Virus record (IMG/VR): IMGVR_UViG_3300034045_000073
Location: 1-24,268 of that record
Length of the DNA: 24,268 nt
Reading direction: 5' to 3' (one strand)
Source of the DNA: a virus
Lineage: Duplodnaviria > Caudoviricetes
Shown here: positions 1 through 9,277 of the stretch, piece by piece
Layout of the letters: each line of letters begins with the position of its first letter
Position numbering within the stretch: position 1 is the stretch's first letter
Translations under genes and position numbers: made by a program
The notes under the pieces: model-generated
Databases searched by the model: none
Seen by the model: the letters and a program-made list of their open reading frames with translations, nothing else
What the model was told of the DNA's origin: nothing

Positions 1-1
1 A

Positions 2-3000
2 GCAAGTGATGGTGTCATTGAGTGGGCAGCTAATAATGAAATACGCTCTACTACTGCATCCACTACAATCACGCCCCCTTTAGATAGTAGCCTAACTGAC
101 GCTGATAGTTATATTATTCGTGTAGTTTGTACTAAAACTGCGTATGGTGGAGATAATGTTACTATCTTCTCCCATTCCTTAGCTAAATTTAATTCCAGAA
201 TAAACTGTACCCTAGGAAACTACAATAATACGTTGTCTTTTGGTCTAATAAATCAAGGTTCGTGGGAAGATATAGCAATACCTCTTAATTTGTATGAAAC
301 CTACGAAGCTACTATGGTGTATGACTCTGTTACAAAGGTAGCTAAACTCTATAATCATGGAATCTACTTATCTGAGAAAACGTTGACCAATGGGTTTTAT
401 GTAAATTCTGGGCAGACTGGTATGAATTTTAGCATACCAGCAGAAAGCACTAAATCATTCACTAACTTAATGGTACTAACAAAAACTGGCTCATTCACTC
501 AAGCCGAAATAGATACAATCGTCAAAGACCCATACTCGCTATTTAAAACTAAACAGAAGAAACAAGCTGAGTATGGTTTGGTGGGCAACGGGGGGGCTAA
601 CATCACTCACCCCGTTGTAACCTTACCAGTTAATTCTGATTTCACTATTGAAGTTAAAATTAAAAGAAATTCTGTAAGTACAAGTCACACAGGAGTGTTA
701 GGTGGAGGGAGTAGCAGTAACTATATTTTTCTACAGGATGGTGCAAATTTAAGAGTCAAGCTTGGGGGGGCAGACAGTACTTTAGTTGATGCGATTATTG
801 ACACTGATTGGCATATAATACTAGTAACAAAAGCAGGTACAAATTTAGTTACCAAGCTTGATGGTGTTGAAGTTTTAAATGAAATAGATGCAAACGCCTA
901 TGATGTAACGTTATGGAGTATTTTGTCAAATGATAATTTGTACAAAGCTAATATTTCCATCGCGTACTATAAAATAATAGCAGACACTCAAACCAACTCT
1001 CGCTTTTGGGAATTTAATCAAACTTTTGGTGATACTGTTATTGACCACTACAACGGTGCAATAGCAACGCTAGTTGGCTTTAGTGCAGACTCAGGTTATG
1101 TTCGCGGTGCAGATGGATTGATTGAGGGGTATCGGTTAGCAGGGAGGTTATCTGGAATAACAATTCTTACACCAACACAAGCGGGTGATGTATTAGAGAT
1201 TGACTTTGGCTCAGAGATTGATTATTCACAATCGTTAGGTGGATATCCGAGCACTGCTAGCACAGTGTTAGATGCTAGATGGGGCGCTACTGGCTATATG
1301 CTAGTTACAAGAGATGGTGATGTTAGTGCGTATGCGGGATTCACCGATTTAAAAATAGATGGAGAATTAACTCCCTACACAGGAAATTACACGACAAATG
1401 GATTAGGAAATCTCACAGGAAAGACTTTAAGTATAACTCCACCAGCAGGCGCTACGCTAACTGTAGGTAATAGATACAGTCTATCTGAAGCTGTACTATT
1501 TATGATTAAAGGTATGCGATTATTACGCGGAGGTGAAGTAGTTAGCGATTGGGATTGTACAACAGGCGATGAAACTAAATTCCCCGACACTATCGGCAAT
1601 AACCATGCGGTAATTAATAATGCAAGTACAGATAAGTGGCAAGAGATTGTGCCTGTACAAGTGTTTACTGTTGGTGCAGGTAAAGATTACCCATTAGTGT
1701 CAACAGCAATGCGAGCACTAGACAACCCAACCTCTGCGCAAACAAGAAACTTAATTGTGTCTGGAGTATTAGTTGAAAATACCGAGCAATATCCTAATAA
1801 TACGAATGCTGTAGAGCTAAATTGGAACATTACAAGTAATGAAACAATAATTGCAAATTATCCAACTATCGAGGGGCTAAAGTTGTCAATGTTTGGCTCA
1901 AATACTGATATCAATGTGAGTCGAGTTAAACTTGTTCAAAGTAATATAGTGGTAACAAGCGGACAAGGTACAGGGTTTAATTTAACGTATGATCATTGTG
2001 ATATTGACGGACAGTTTACAACGAATCATCTTCTCGCGTCAACTTCTCGTTGGGAAAATGGTTTACCAAAAATAAGAAATAGCACTGTTCGTAATTATAA
2101 AGTCTCTGTAAACAACGGCGCGGCACAATTAGACGATTGCATTATCATTGATTGTGCGGGTACTTATTCCAGTTTTGGCAACATAAATGATGGAGCAATA
2201 GCAACCAATTGTTTGTCACTATTAACCACTAACCAATATAATTATGGTGTTACTACCCCACCTTGTTTTAAGGGTACAATAGGCTCTAACAATATATCGT
2301 CTGACACATCAGCAACAACGCTTGGCATAGGCACACAAGACACAGCACTCAATACTTACTTCACAGACCCAGCCAACGGTGATTACACCATTAACTCCGA
2401 TGGTCAAACAGCACTAGCAGGGCAAGGATGGAATGGTACAGATATTGTAAGCTGGGCGTATGCTGTAGCAAGTGGTGGCTTACTCTCAATAACATCAGAC
2501 CTTGAATTACAAAACCAAATATTAGGTTCTGTTTTTAATAGTATTGAACTACAAAATCAAATACTTGCACCGCTTACCAAAGACATTGAATTACAAACAC
2601 GAATTTTTAATGCTGTGTTTAGTGATGTTGAGTTGCAAACGTATGTCCTAGGTGTTGCCCAGCAGACTTTAGACTTACGGACTCAGGTACTTTCAAGTTT
2701 AACTAATGATGTGAGTTTACAAACTCAAATTCTAGGTTCTCTTAGTAACGACTTAGATTTGCGAACAAGCATCTTAGGTAGTGTTTCGCAAGATTTAATC
2801 TTGCAAACTAAGGTGTTATCCGCGATATTAACCGTATATCGAGATTTAGAACTTAGAAATCAAATACTAGGTTCAGTATCTCAGTTTGCTGAATTACGGA
2901 CGCAAATTCTTGGTGTTATAGCAGGAGATTTAGAGTTAAGAACTCAACTACTCGATTCGTTAACTCAAGACGCTGAACTAAGGACTCAGATACTTAGCTT

Positions 3001-3331
3001 TGTATCTACCGATTTGATGTTTAGCACTCAAATCTTTAGTTTTGTAAATCAGACGGTTGAGCTAGAAACGTCTATCTTTGGCACAACTGAGCAGAGTCTA
3101 GAGTTACAGACTCAGATACTTGATGTGGTTAGTGCTGATGTAGAGTTGAGAACTCAAATATTTGATACAACATTTAGTGATTTAACTATTTCAGTGTTTG
3201 TTGATGGTGTACCAGCACCAGCATTCAAGAAAATGCCTTTTGCCTTTGAAGTAAACTCAACAAGTTACTCAGGGGAGTTACAAACAGGGTCTTTTGGCTT
3301 TATACTAGGCGATAAATCTAACGGGTATTAA
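2..3331 (+). CDS. Large virion structural / fibre-like protein, 5'-truncated: LamG/concanavalin-like domains, probable beta-helix segment, C-terminal 14-aa repeats
   Basis: The frame of the 233..3331 ORF stays open back to base 2, so the true start lies outside the window. LamG-like text (SDFTIEVKIKR...DTDWHIILVTKAGTNLVTKLDG), G/T/S/N-rich composition, and position upstream of the lysis genes. Confidence 0.7.
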   Translation, partial: ASDGVIEWAANNEIRSTTASTTITPPLDSSLTDADSYIIRVVCTKTAYGGDNVTIFSHSLAKFNSRINCTLGNYNNTLSFGLINQGSWEDIAIPLNLYETYEATMVYDSVTKVAKLYNHGIYLSEKTLTNGFYVNSGQTGMNFSIPAESTKSFTNLMVLTKTGSFTQAEIDTIVKDPYSLFKTKQKKQAEYGLVGNGGANITHPVVTLPVNSDFTIEVKIKRNSVSTSHTGVLGGGSSSNYIFLQDGANLRVKLGGADSTLVDAIIDTDWHIILVTKAGTNLVTKLDGVEVLNEIDANAYDVTLWSILSNDNLYKANISIAYYKIIADTQTNSRFWEFNQTFGDTVIDHYNGAIATLVGFSADSGYVRGADGLIEGYRLAGRLSGITILTPTQAGDVLEIDFGSEIDYSQSLGGYPSTASTVLDARWGATGYMLVTRDGDVSAYAGFTDLKIDGELTPYTGNYTTNGLGNLTGKTLSITPPAGATLTVGNRYSLSEAVLFMIKGMRLLRGGEVVSDWDCTTGDETKFPDTIGNNHAVINNASTDKWQEIVPVQVFTVGAGKDYPLVSTAMRALDNPTSAQTRNLIVSGVLVENTEQYPNNTNAVELNWNITSNETIIANYPTIEGLKLSMFGSNTDINVSRVKLVQSNIVVTSGQGTGFNLTYDHCDIDGQFTTNHLLASTSRWENGLPKIRNSTVRNYKVSVNNGAAQLDDCIIIDCAGTYSSFGNINDGAIATNCLSLLTTNQYNYGVTTPPCFKGTIGSNNISSDTSATTLGIGTQDTALNTYFTDPANGDYTINSDGQTALAGQGWNGTDIVSWAYAVASGGLLSITSDLELQNQILGSVFNSIELQNQILAPLTKDIELQTRIFNAVFSDVELQTYVLGVAQQTLDLRTQVLSSLTNDVSLQTQILGSLSNDLDLRTSILGSVSQDLILQTKVLSAILTVYRDLELRNQILGSVSQFAELRTQILGVIAGDLELRTQLLDSLTQDAELRTQILSFVSTDLMFSTQIFSFVNQTVELETSIFGTTEQSLELQTQILDVVSADVELRTQIFDTTFSDLTISVFVDGVPAPAFKKMPFAFEVNSTSYSGELQTGSFGFILGDKSNGY
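2489..3169 (+). repeat. 16 tandem 14-aa protein repeats (consensus about VxxDLELxTQILGS), arranged 8+8 around a 3-aa insert
   Basis: Read directly from the translation: ITSDLELQNQILGS, VFNSIELQNQILAP ... VSADVELRTQIFDT, with ILT inserted after unit 8. Confidence 0.9.
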
Positions 3332-3360
3332 TTTACGTATTTTAAAATTGGGGATCGACG

Positions 3361-3852
3361 ATGGCAACAGCAATACAACCGACTGATATTAAATTTTATG
3401 AGTCAACAGGCAATTTAGGTGGTGCAATTACAGCAACAGAAATTGTTACCGCAACTATGAATAATATGTTTCGCAACATTACGTCAGCAGAGGCAGCAAC
3501 AGGTATCACACTTTTTGGTGTGCTTTATGTGAAACAAACCTCAACCTATAACGGTTCAGCGACCAAAGTCTGGATTCAATCTAACACACCTAGTCCAGCT
3601 ACAGCCCTTACTATTGGTTTAGGTTCTGCTGGTGTTAACAGTACAGAACCCTCAATAGGCTCTGACACTACACCGCCCACTGGCATTACCTTTGTAACTG
3701 CTATTGATGAAGCTAACTCACTTACTGCACCTGATTTAGCAGCGGGAGACTACATAGCTATTCATGTTAAATATGTTGTTGACCCTGCGGCACCAGCTAT
3801 CAACTTAGACAATATGGTTCTACGTGTGAAAATGGACTCACCAAGTCTTTAA
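3361..3852 (+). CDS. Phage structural protein, 163 aa, beta-rich
   Basis: Clean ORF with GGGG SD and the ATCGACG-ATG motif; T/A/G-rich; follows the fibre gene. Confidence 0.6.
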   Translation: MATAIQPTDIKFYESTGNLGGAITATEIVTATMNNMFRNITSAEAATGITLFGVLYVKQTSTYNGSATKVWIQSNTPSPATALTIGLGSAGVNSTEPSIGSDTTPPTGITFVTAIDEANSLTAPDLAAGDYIAIHVKYVVDPAAPAINLDNMVLRVKMDSPSL

Positions 3853-3868
3853 GTAATAGGAGTTTAAT

Positions 3869-4210
3869 ATGGTGTCTCCAGTAGGGATTATTAAGAAAAC
3901 CCTTAAAGTGGCTTTGGGTCGTAACGACCCAAAAACACTCACTGTCATTCAGGACGGGCTCCCAGTTGATTTTATTGCTAGTGGTGTTACAAAGCTTGGG
4001 ATTCTAATTAATGGTGTTGAGTATTTTTCAACTGATGGCTATATGACCTATGATGCTAATGGTGTTATTACGTTTAAACTGGGGAGTATTCCTAGCATGA
4101 CTAAAGGTAAATACCCTGTTAGGTTGTTTTCATATACAGCGCAAACCCCTTTGGGGCAGCCAATATATACTGAGAAAACAGATTTTAGACTAGCCGTTGA
4201 ATTTTATTAA
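3869..4210 (+). CDS. Small phage structural/accessory protein, 113 aa, Ig-like pattern
   Basis: AGGAG SD upstream; alternating beta-strand pattern and GKYPVRL motif; followed by a terminator. Confidence 0.55.
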   Translation: MVSPVGIIKKTLKVALGRNDPKTLTVIQDGLPVDFIASGVTKLGILINGVEYFSTDGYMTYDANGVITFKLGSIPSMTKGKYPVRLFSYTAQTPLGQPIYTEKTDFRLAVEFY

Positions 4211-4236
4211 AAAAGCGCTACTTAGTAGCGCTTTTT
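4210..4236. terminator. Bidirectional rho-independent terminator
   Basis: AAAAAGCGCTAC-TTA-GTAGCGCTTTTT perfect inverted repeat with A and T tails, immediately after the stop codon. Confidence 0.85.
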
Positions 4237-4356
4237 ATTGTCTTTGTAACTCTACTCGAAGTCACCACTAAGTCTTCACAATAATCCCTGTGGTAATATA
4301 ACTACTACAATAAACTCACCCAGAAGTCATAAACCATTATGAATTCAGACATTTTG

Positions 4357-4386
4357 GTGACAAATAAGTAGCACTCTATGTATACT
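4357..4386 (+). promoter_or_regulatory. Putative sigma70-type promoter for the membrane-protein/lysis operon
   Basis: GTGACA-18 nt-TATACT in the intergenic gap after the terminator, 65 nt before the 4452 start. Confidence 0.4.
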
Positions 4387-4451
4387 CAAAGGTAATTTAT
4401 GAAGTTGTGTTTTTATGTTGAAACACAAAGAAATCTCATTAGGAATCGACG

Positions 4452-5012
4452 ATGGCTGACCACAAAACAGACCGAGAAATACTTGAAAGTATTGAAAAAA
4501 TACTTAGCCAAGCTTTAGAGTCAAAACCTCATTATCGGTGTCATGCTGAAAAGCCACAAGCTATAAATATTGCTGAGGTGCTTAGTAATCTAAACGCCTA
4601 TCACGCTCAGCATGGTCAGCCGCTTGAGTCCCACCTACATCAGTCTCATCATGGGCTTAATACCCCTATAGGGTTGAATACTCTCGACGTTAACCGAGAC
4701 TCAAAATTATCCGTTACCATAAAAGACGTGATTGTTCTTGTTGGTGTTAGTATCGCTGCCACCTTGTTCTATGCAAGCTTCAACTCAAGACTCTCTAATT
4801 TAGAAGAAGCCAATGCTCACGCAGAGGCTAAGGTTTCTCAGGTAGTTGAAAATCAAATTACCCAGTTGCGGGTAAACAACGACAACAAAATTTACAAACT
4901 CCGTGATGATATAGAAAAAAAATTAACTCAAGTCAATGATAAGGCTGGTACTACATGGCAAATGCTGAGAACAACTCAAAAAGATGTAGAACTTTTAAAA
5001 AAATCTCGTTAA
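4452..5012 (+). CDS. Single-pass membrane protein with His-rich N-terminal part and C-terminal coiled coil
   Basis: TM segment VIVLVGVSIAATLFYASF; heptad-like tail (RLSNLEEANAHAEAK...KDVELLKK); HAQHGQPLESHLHQSHHG; AGGA SD plus start motif. Confidence 0.7.
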   Translation: MADHKTDREILESIEKILSQALESKPHYRCHAEKPQAINIAEVLSNLNAYHAQHGQPLESHLHQSHHGLNTPIGLNTLDVNRDSKLSVTIKDVIVLVGVSIAATLFYASFNSRLSNLEEANAHAEAKVSQVVENQITQLRVNNDNKIYKLRDDIEKKLTQVNDKAGTTWQMLRTTQKDVELLKKSR

Positions 5013-5419
5013 TTGTTCTCTTTTTTGTTCTCAGCTTATGGTTGTCAGTTTGTCTAGCTGACCCTGTTGTGAACAAGAAAAACCCGACTAAATTTGTCAC
5101 ACGCGCAGAGCTCGAAGACTTGTTTATGGGGAGAACACCTTATTGGGATAATGGTGAAAAAGTTATTCTTGTGTTATTGCCATTAAGGTCAATATCGACA
5201 CAGGAACTCTTAAATGAATTGAATATACCTATGTATATTTATAAACGTAAATTGGCGCGGCTATCAAAAGATTCTTTTGGAGAACTACCAATTTACGTTG
5301 ATGATACCTATGATATGTTGTTGGTAGTTGGCTCTGAGCCTAGAGCCTTGAGCTTCGTCAGAAGCAATACCATTATCTTAGAAACTGATGATATTAAACT
5401 TTTACAGGTGACCCCATGA
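4955..5419 (+). CDS. Exported single-lobe periplasmic-binding-protein-like protein (family often annotated phosphate ABC transporter substrate-binding protein)
   Basis: Signal peptide (KKISLIVLFFVLSLWLSVCLA|D), then VVNKKNP...RAELEDLFMGRTPYWDNG and MLLVVGSEPRALSFV, matching the family pattern V(N/H)PxN...LxxIFxGxxxxWxdG...VxxxPgAigYv. Confidence 0.7.
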   Translation: MANAENNSKRCRTFKKISLIVLFFVLSLWLSVCLADPVVNKKNPTKFVTRAELEDLFMGRTPYWDNGEKVILVLLPLRSISTQELLNELNIPMYIYKRKLARLSKDSFGELPIYVDDTYDMLLVVGSEPRALSFVRSNTIILETDDIKLLQVTP

Positions 5420-6648
5420 AAAGACTACCAAGTAGGATAATTTTTATTTGGATGTGTCTATTAATTGCAGCAAGTTTCAGTGTTTTTTCTAGTAGATATA
5501 CACAAGTAACTGATAACACTAGTGCTCGTATAACCATTTTTGGTGGGGTGACACACATTGACTCCGAGCATGAAAGCTTATTTAAATCTCCAATGTCTGA
5601 ATTGGGTGTGAATCTATTAAAAAACTATCCCTCTGGGCTCAGTTTCAAGGCTCAGACAAGTTTACGCCCAGCCCTACAAAATAAGGTAGGTCTTGATTGG
5701 TTTTATCTAAATTATGAGTTCAGCAAAAACTTTAGTTTTGATGTTGGGTTGCTTGATGCCAATATGGGGTTGCAAGGCTCTGGGATTCAAAATCCTTACG
5801 CTAGATATTCAGTAATTCCAATTCAAAGCACCATGTTTACGACGACACTCGGAGTAGCTTCATTAATGACTGGTGTACGAGCTAGTTACAAGCGGTATAT
5901 TTCGGCACTCGCTACTAACTTATCACTATCAGCTACTTACGGTGAGCCACGTTTTTCTCCCTCTGAATCTGAAAGTATTTTATCAGCATTACTAAAAGAG
6001 ACTTGGATTGAGGGTTATCCAACCTATGACAGTAAGTGGCAAGTTGAGCTTAAAGCAAAAACTAGGCGTTGGGATTTATCCTTAACAATTGATGATATTG
6101 GCTATACCTTTGATTCATATAATTTAGAGCAGAAACACTTTAGACAAATGGTTGCTAGTGTGCGCAGGGCGAGTATACGAACTGAGTTTCTAGCTGAGCT
6201 TTATCTTGGCAACGCCAACCCACTGCGTAGTTCGGATTTTAACAAAGCACCTATACCTGAGGATGCCCCTGAGCAGCCACCTTTTGCTAAAGGTGGTATT
6301 AGTGGTTTCAACGTTTATGTTAGTCAGTTACTTATGGATAGAGTAACTATGTATGGGGGGATTTCCTTATTCTATTTCGATACGGAATCACCACATGGTG
6401 ACTACTGGGAATCGGTTCGTCCAGAGGGTGAAATATACCAATATCCTAAGGAATTCAGGTATAATGAAGACTTGATGCTTGGTTTTCGTTACGACTTTAC
6501 AGATGACCAAGCACTTACATTTGAGATACACAGAAGTAAAGGTGTTCTAGCTAATCGCTACAATTATTTTTCTGACCCACAAGCAAAATCTAATATCGAT
6601 GATACTACGTGGTATGTGTATGCACTCAACTGGTCATTTATGTTTTGA
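5416..6648 (+). CDS. Outer-membrane beta-barrel (porin-like) protein
   Basis: Signal peptide, amphipathic strands (ELGVN, LDWFYLNYEF, MLGFRYDF, LTFEIH) and a C-terminal beta-signal YALNWSFMF; ATGA overlap with the upstream gene. Confidence 0.75.
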   Translation: MKRLPSRIIFIWMCLLIAASFSVFSSRYTQVTDNTSARITIFGGVTHIDSEHESLFKSPMSELGVNLLKNYPSGLSFKAQTSLRPALQNKVGLDWFYLNYEFSKNFSFDVGLLDANMGLQGSGIQNPYARYSVIPIQSTMFTTTLGVASLMTGVRASYKRYISALATNLSLSATYGEPRFSPSESESILSALLKETWIEGYPTYDSKWQVELKAKTRRWDLSLTIDDIGYTFDSYNLEQKHFRQMVASVRRASIRTEFLAELYLGNANPLRSSDFNKAPIPEDAPEQPPFAKGGISGFNVYVSQLLMDRVTMYGGISLFYFDTESPHGDYWESVRPEGEIYQYPKEFRYNEDLMLGFRYDFTDDQALTFEIHRSKGVLANRYNYFSDPQAKSNIDDTTWYVYALNWSFMF

Positions 6649-6665
6649 GTATTGAGGTTTTCAAC

Positions 6666-7223
6666 ATGTTAAATTTAGGCAAAAAAGTTTCTAAGATGTT
6701 AGAGCAATTACTATTAATTGAGGGTGGTTATAGCAACCAAGCTTATGACTTAGGCTCTGAAACTACGTTTGGAATAACCAAAGCCATAGCTGTTAAACAT
6801 GGTTACACAGGAGAAATGCGTGACTTACCTCTTGGTGTTGCTAAACAAATATATCTAACTGATTATTGGGTTAAACCAAAACTCGATAAACTTGCAGAAC
6901 TGAGCTTCCCTATTGCCGCAGAATTATTTGATACGGGGGTAAACATGGGTGTTTCAACCAGTATTAAGATGTTACAGCGATTACTCAACGCCATGAACGT
7001 GCAAGAGAATCTCTTTCCTGATTTAGTTGTTGATGGTGTGTTGGGGAGTAAGAGCCTGAATGCCTTAGATGCTTACTTGGGTTATAGGACTGGTACAGGC
7101 GAAAAAGTCTTGTTAAAAGGTTTGAATTGTTTGCAAGGTACAAGGTATATTGAACTTGCAGAGAAAAGAAAACAAAACGAACAATTCGTTTATGGCTGGC
7201 TTTTGAAGCGAGTCAATATTTAA
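6666..7223 (+). CDS. Endolysin, glycoside hydrolase family 108 with C-terminal peptidoglycan-binding domain
   Basis: EGGYSN...D.GSETTFGIT catalytic motif, FDTGVNMG, LVVDGVLG, FVYGWLLKRV. Start moved from 6609 to ATG 6666, which has a GAGG SD. Confidence 0.9.
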   Translation: MLNLGKKVSKMLEQLLLIEGGYSNQAYDLGSETTFGITKAIAVKHGYTGEMRDLPLGVAKQIYLTDYWVKPKLDKLAELSFPIAAELFDTGVNMGVSTSIKMLQRLLNAMNVQENLFPDLVVDGVLGSKSLNALDAYLGYRTGTGEKVLLKGLNCLQGTRYIELAEKRKQNEQFVYGWLLKRVNI

Positions 7224-7242
7224 TAAAATTAGGTTATCGACG

Positions 7243-7761
7243 ATGGCAGACTGGAAACAAATCATTGGGGCTGTAGCCCCAGCTTTAGCAACCACCGCTG
7301 GAACACCCCTTATTGGTTCCGCAGTTCAATTCCTTGTTGATAATTTTCTTACTGATGACGAACGCGATTCTAAGTTACCTGATGAAGTTAAGTTATCAAA
7401 AGTCATGGCTAACTTATCCCCTGAACGTATGGCTCAGTTGAAACAGCTTGATAATGATTACAACGTTAAGATGCAAGCACTTGATATAGATGTTTTTAAA
7501 CTAGAGGTTCAAGATAGAAGTAATGCTAGACTCCAAAACAAAGATTCTAAAATGCCAGCAATCCTGTGTTTGGGTTTGTCAGCATTTGTAGGATTAATTA
7601 TTGCCGCGCTTCTTTTTGTACATATCCCCGATGATTCAAAAACCATTCTAGAACTACTATTAGGTATTATTATTCGAGAATGGGCTGGTTCTATGCACTA
7701 TTGGTATGGAACAACTAGAGAAAATAGCGATAGAAATAGAGCCACGTTAACCAAATTATAG
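7243..7761 (+). CDS. Holin-like membrane protein
   Basis: Follows the endolysin; N-terminal IGAVAPALATTAGTP motif, two C-terminal hydrophobic segments and YWYGTT (compare FxFGSS in phage holin-like proteins). Confidence 0.65.
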   Translation: MADWKQIIGAVAPALATTAGTPLIGSAVQFLVDNFLTDDERDSKLPDEVKLSKVMANLSPERMAQLKQLDNDYNVKMQALDIDVFKLEVQDRSNARLQNKDSKMPAILCLGLSAFVGLIIAALLFVHIPDDSKTILELLLGIIIREWAGSMHYWYGTTRENSDRNRATLTKL

Positions 7762-7785
7762 CTCCCTGCCACTCCTGTGGTTTTT

Positions 7786-7811
7786 GCCCCGTACCCACGG
7801 GGCTTTTTTTT
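7786..7811 (+). terminator. Rho-independent terminator ending the late/lysis transcript
   Basis: GCCCCGT-ACCC-ACGGGGC followed by T8. Confidence 0.9.
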
Positions 7812-7854
7812 ACTGGTCTGATGTGTTATTTTGATTTTTCGGTTGCATACTAAC

Positions 7855-8114
7855 TGTATTCAAATTGTATTCTTTTTGTATGCTTTTTTACTGAATTGTC
7901 CCCAAATTGTATTCTTTTTTAGGCACTATTCAGGCACTAACTAGGACAGTTATCCCCATAACTGATTGATTTATGAAAGCTATAAAGCCCCTCAGAGATG
8001 ACTCTGGATTAAGAGTCTTGTTATATCAAGGCAAGCAGGTTTTCTTCTAAGTTAGTGTTTTTTCTGAGTTTTTAAAGCTCTCGAAAATTCAATGTATTCT
8101 TTTTGTATTCTTTT
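7855..8114. mobile_element. Phage attachment site attP
   Basis: Non-coding DNA at the 3' end of int. 11-bp direct repeats TGTATTC(TTTT/AAAT) at 7855, 7866, 7877, (7897), 7908 and at 8093, 8104. AGGCACTA repeats at 7921 and 7932. IHF consensus at 7959-7971. GACTCT-6-AGAGTC inverted repeat at 8000-8017. Confidence 0.75.
7959..7971 (-). promoter_or_regulatory. IHF binding site
   Basis: Minus strand AATCAATCAGTTA is a perfect match to WATCAANNNNTTR and lies inside attP. Confidence 0.7.
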
Positions 8115-8116
8115 GA

Positions 8117-9277
8117 CTACAAAAATGAATCCTCGTCCTCGTTTTTGCCGTGGGTAATTTCATATTCCTCGATGTAATATCCATAATGTTCATAAAGCAT
8201 TTTTGGCGAAGTATGCCCCATTAATTTTGTTAGCTTCCAAAGATTAATACCTTGAGAAATTAATCGTGACGCGAACGTGTGTCTTGTTTGGTATGGGTAG
8301 CGATATTCAACATTGGCTCGTTTAAGGCAATTCTTCCAAAAAGATTCTCTAAAGGTTGCAAAGATGATTGGTCGTTTATCACGATTTATAAAAACATATT
8401 TATCTGGTAGTGAACCAGAAATCATTACTTGGTTTTCTAATGCTAAACGACAAGCATCTGAAATAGGGATTCGTCTAGCACCACTGGCTGTTTTGGTTTT
8501 CTTGTCTTCACCTAAAACCCTAGCCCCTCGAATATGAATTGTGCTTTTTGTTATATCCGACCAGAGAAGCCCACAAGCTTCTGAACTTCTAACACCCGTT
8601 TCAAATAGAAAACTAATCAGGTTGTAGTATTTCATATTAGTTGAAGCGGAATTTAAGATAGCTTCTTGTTCTTGTTTACTAAATGGTTTTACGTCTTCGT
8701 TTATTAAATTTCTATCAACTTTATCAGCCTTTCTTAGGTAGTTTCCTAAACTAACAACTCGTGCTGGATTCTGAACTATAATTCCATCTAAGACGGCTTC
8801 ATCTAGGGCTAAAGAAAGCACTGAAAATCTACCACGCAATGTAGCAGTTGTTAGGTGACTGTTTGTTGATATGTAAGTTTGAATATGGCTTGTTGTTAAC
8901 TGTTTTACAGGGAGTGTTTTCCAGTGTTTGAACGAGTTAATTTTACTTTGGTGGGGGAGCAATGTTGATTTAGCTAAACCTCGCTTTCTAGCATTTTCAT
9001 AGAATTTATCTAGGTAATAGCCAACGGTGGGTGATTTAGGCGTGTTGCCAAAAATAAGTGTCTTTTTACTATCTGGGAAATACTCCGCATAGCTAAAGAT
9101 ATTTTCGTATATCTTACGTTGTATCTCAGCTAAGCGGTTGGCTGTATATTTAATCTGAGCTTTGGTCGGGTTAATGATTCTCGTGGATTCGTAGCATTTT
9201 ACACCACGATAACTAAAACGAATCCACAAGGTTTCACCTCTTAAATATAATCCTCTTGGGAGTTTTCCAGCGCCCAT
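8117..9277 (-). CDS. int: Tyrosine integrase with N-terminal arm-binding domain (DUF3596-like)
   Basis: N-terminal LPRGLYLRGETLWIRFSYRGVKCYES; catalytic ETGVRSSE, KTKT, YQTRHTFAS, LMGH, LYEHY. Confidence 0.95.
   Translation of the reverse strand: MGAGKLPRGLYLRGETLWIRFSYRGVKCYESTRIINPTKAQIKYTANRLAEIQRKIYENIFSYAEYFPDSKKTLIFGNTPKSPTVGYYLDKFYENARKRGLAKSTLLPHQSKINSFKHWKTLPVKQLTTSHIQTYISTNSHLTTATLRGRFSVLSLALDEAVLDGIIVQNPARVVSLGNYLRKADKVDRNLINEDVKPFSKQEQEAILNSASTNMKYYNLISFLFETGVRSSEACGLLWSDITKSTIHIRGARVLGEDKKTKTASGARRIPISDACRLALENQVMISGSLPDKYVFINRDKRPIIFATFRESFWKNCLKRANVEYRYPYQTRHTFASRLISQGINLWKLTKLMGHTSPKMLYEHYGYYIEEYEITHGKNEDEDSFL

Noticed and set aside
4258-4361. Short GTCACCA/TGGTGAC inverted pair and AAGTC repeats in the intergenic gap
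   Set aside because: Too short to distinguish from chance; no ncRNA structure could be supported.
7855-7953. 11-bp tandem repeats as a CRISPR array or replication iterons
   Set aside because: No unique spacers and no cas genes; position at the int 3' end with an IHF site fits integrase arm sites.
8000-8020. GACTCTTAATC on the - strand resembling a tRNA-Lys anticodon loop
   Set aside because: No acceptor stem, D-arm or T-arm around it; kept only as a candidate att core.
8117-9277. Integrase as an integron IntI serving the attC array, or as inactive because of YQTR in place of HxxR
   Set aside because: It has an N-terminal arm-binding domain and its own attP, and shows no obvious IntI-specific insertion; YQTRH is typical of this integrase group.
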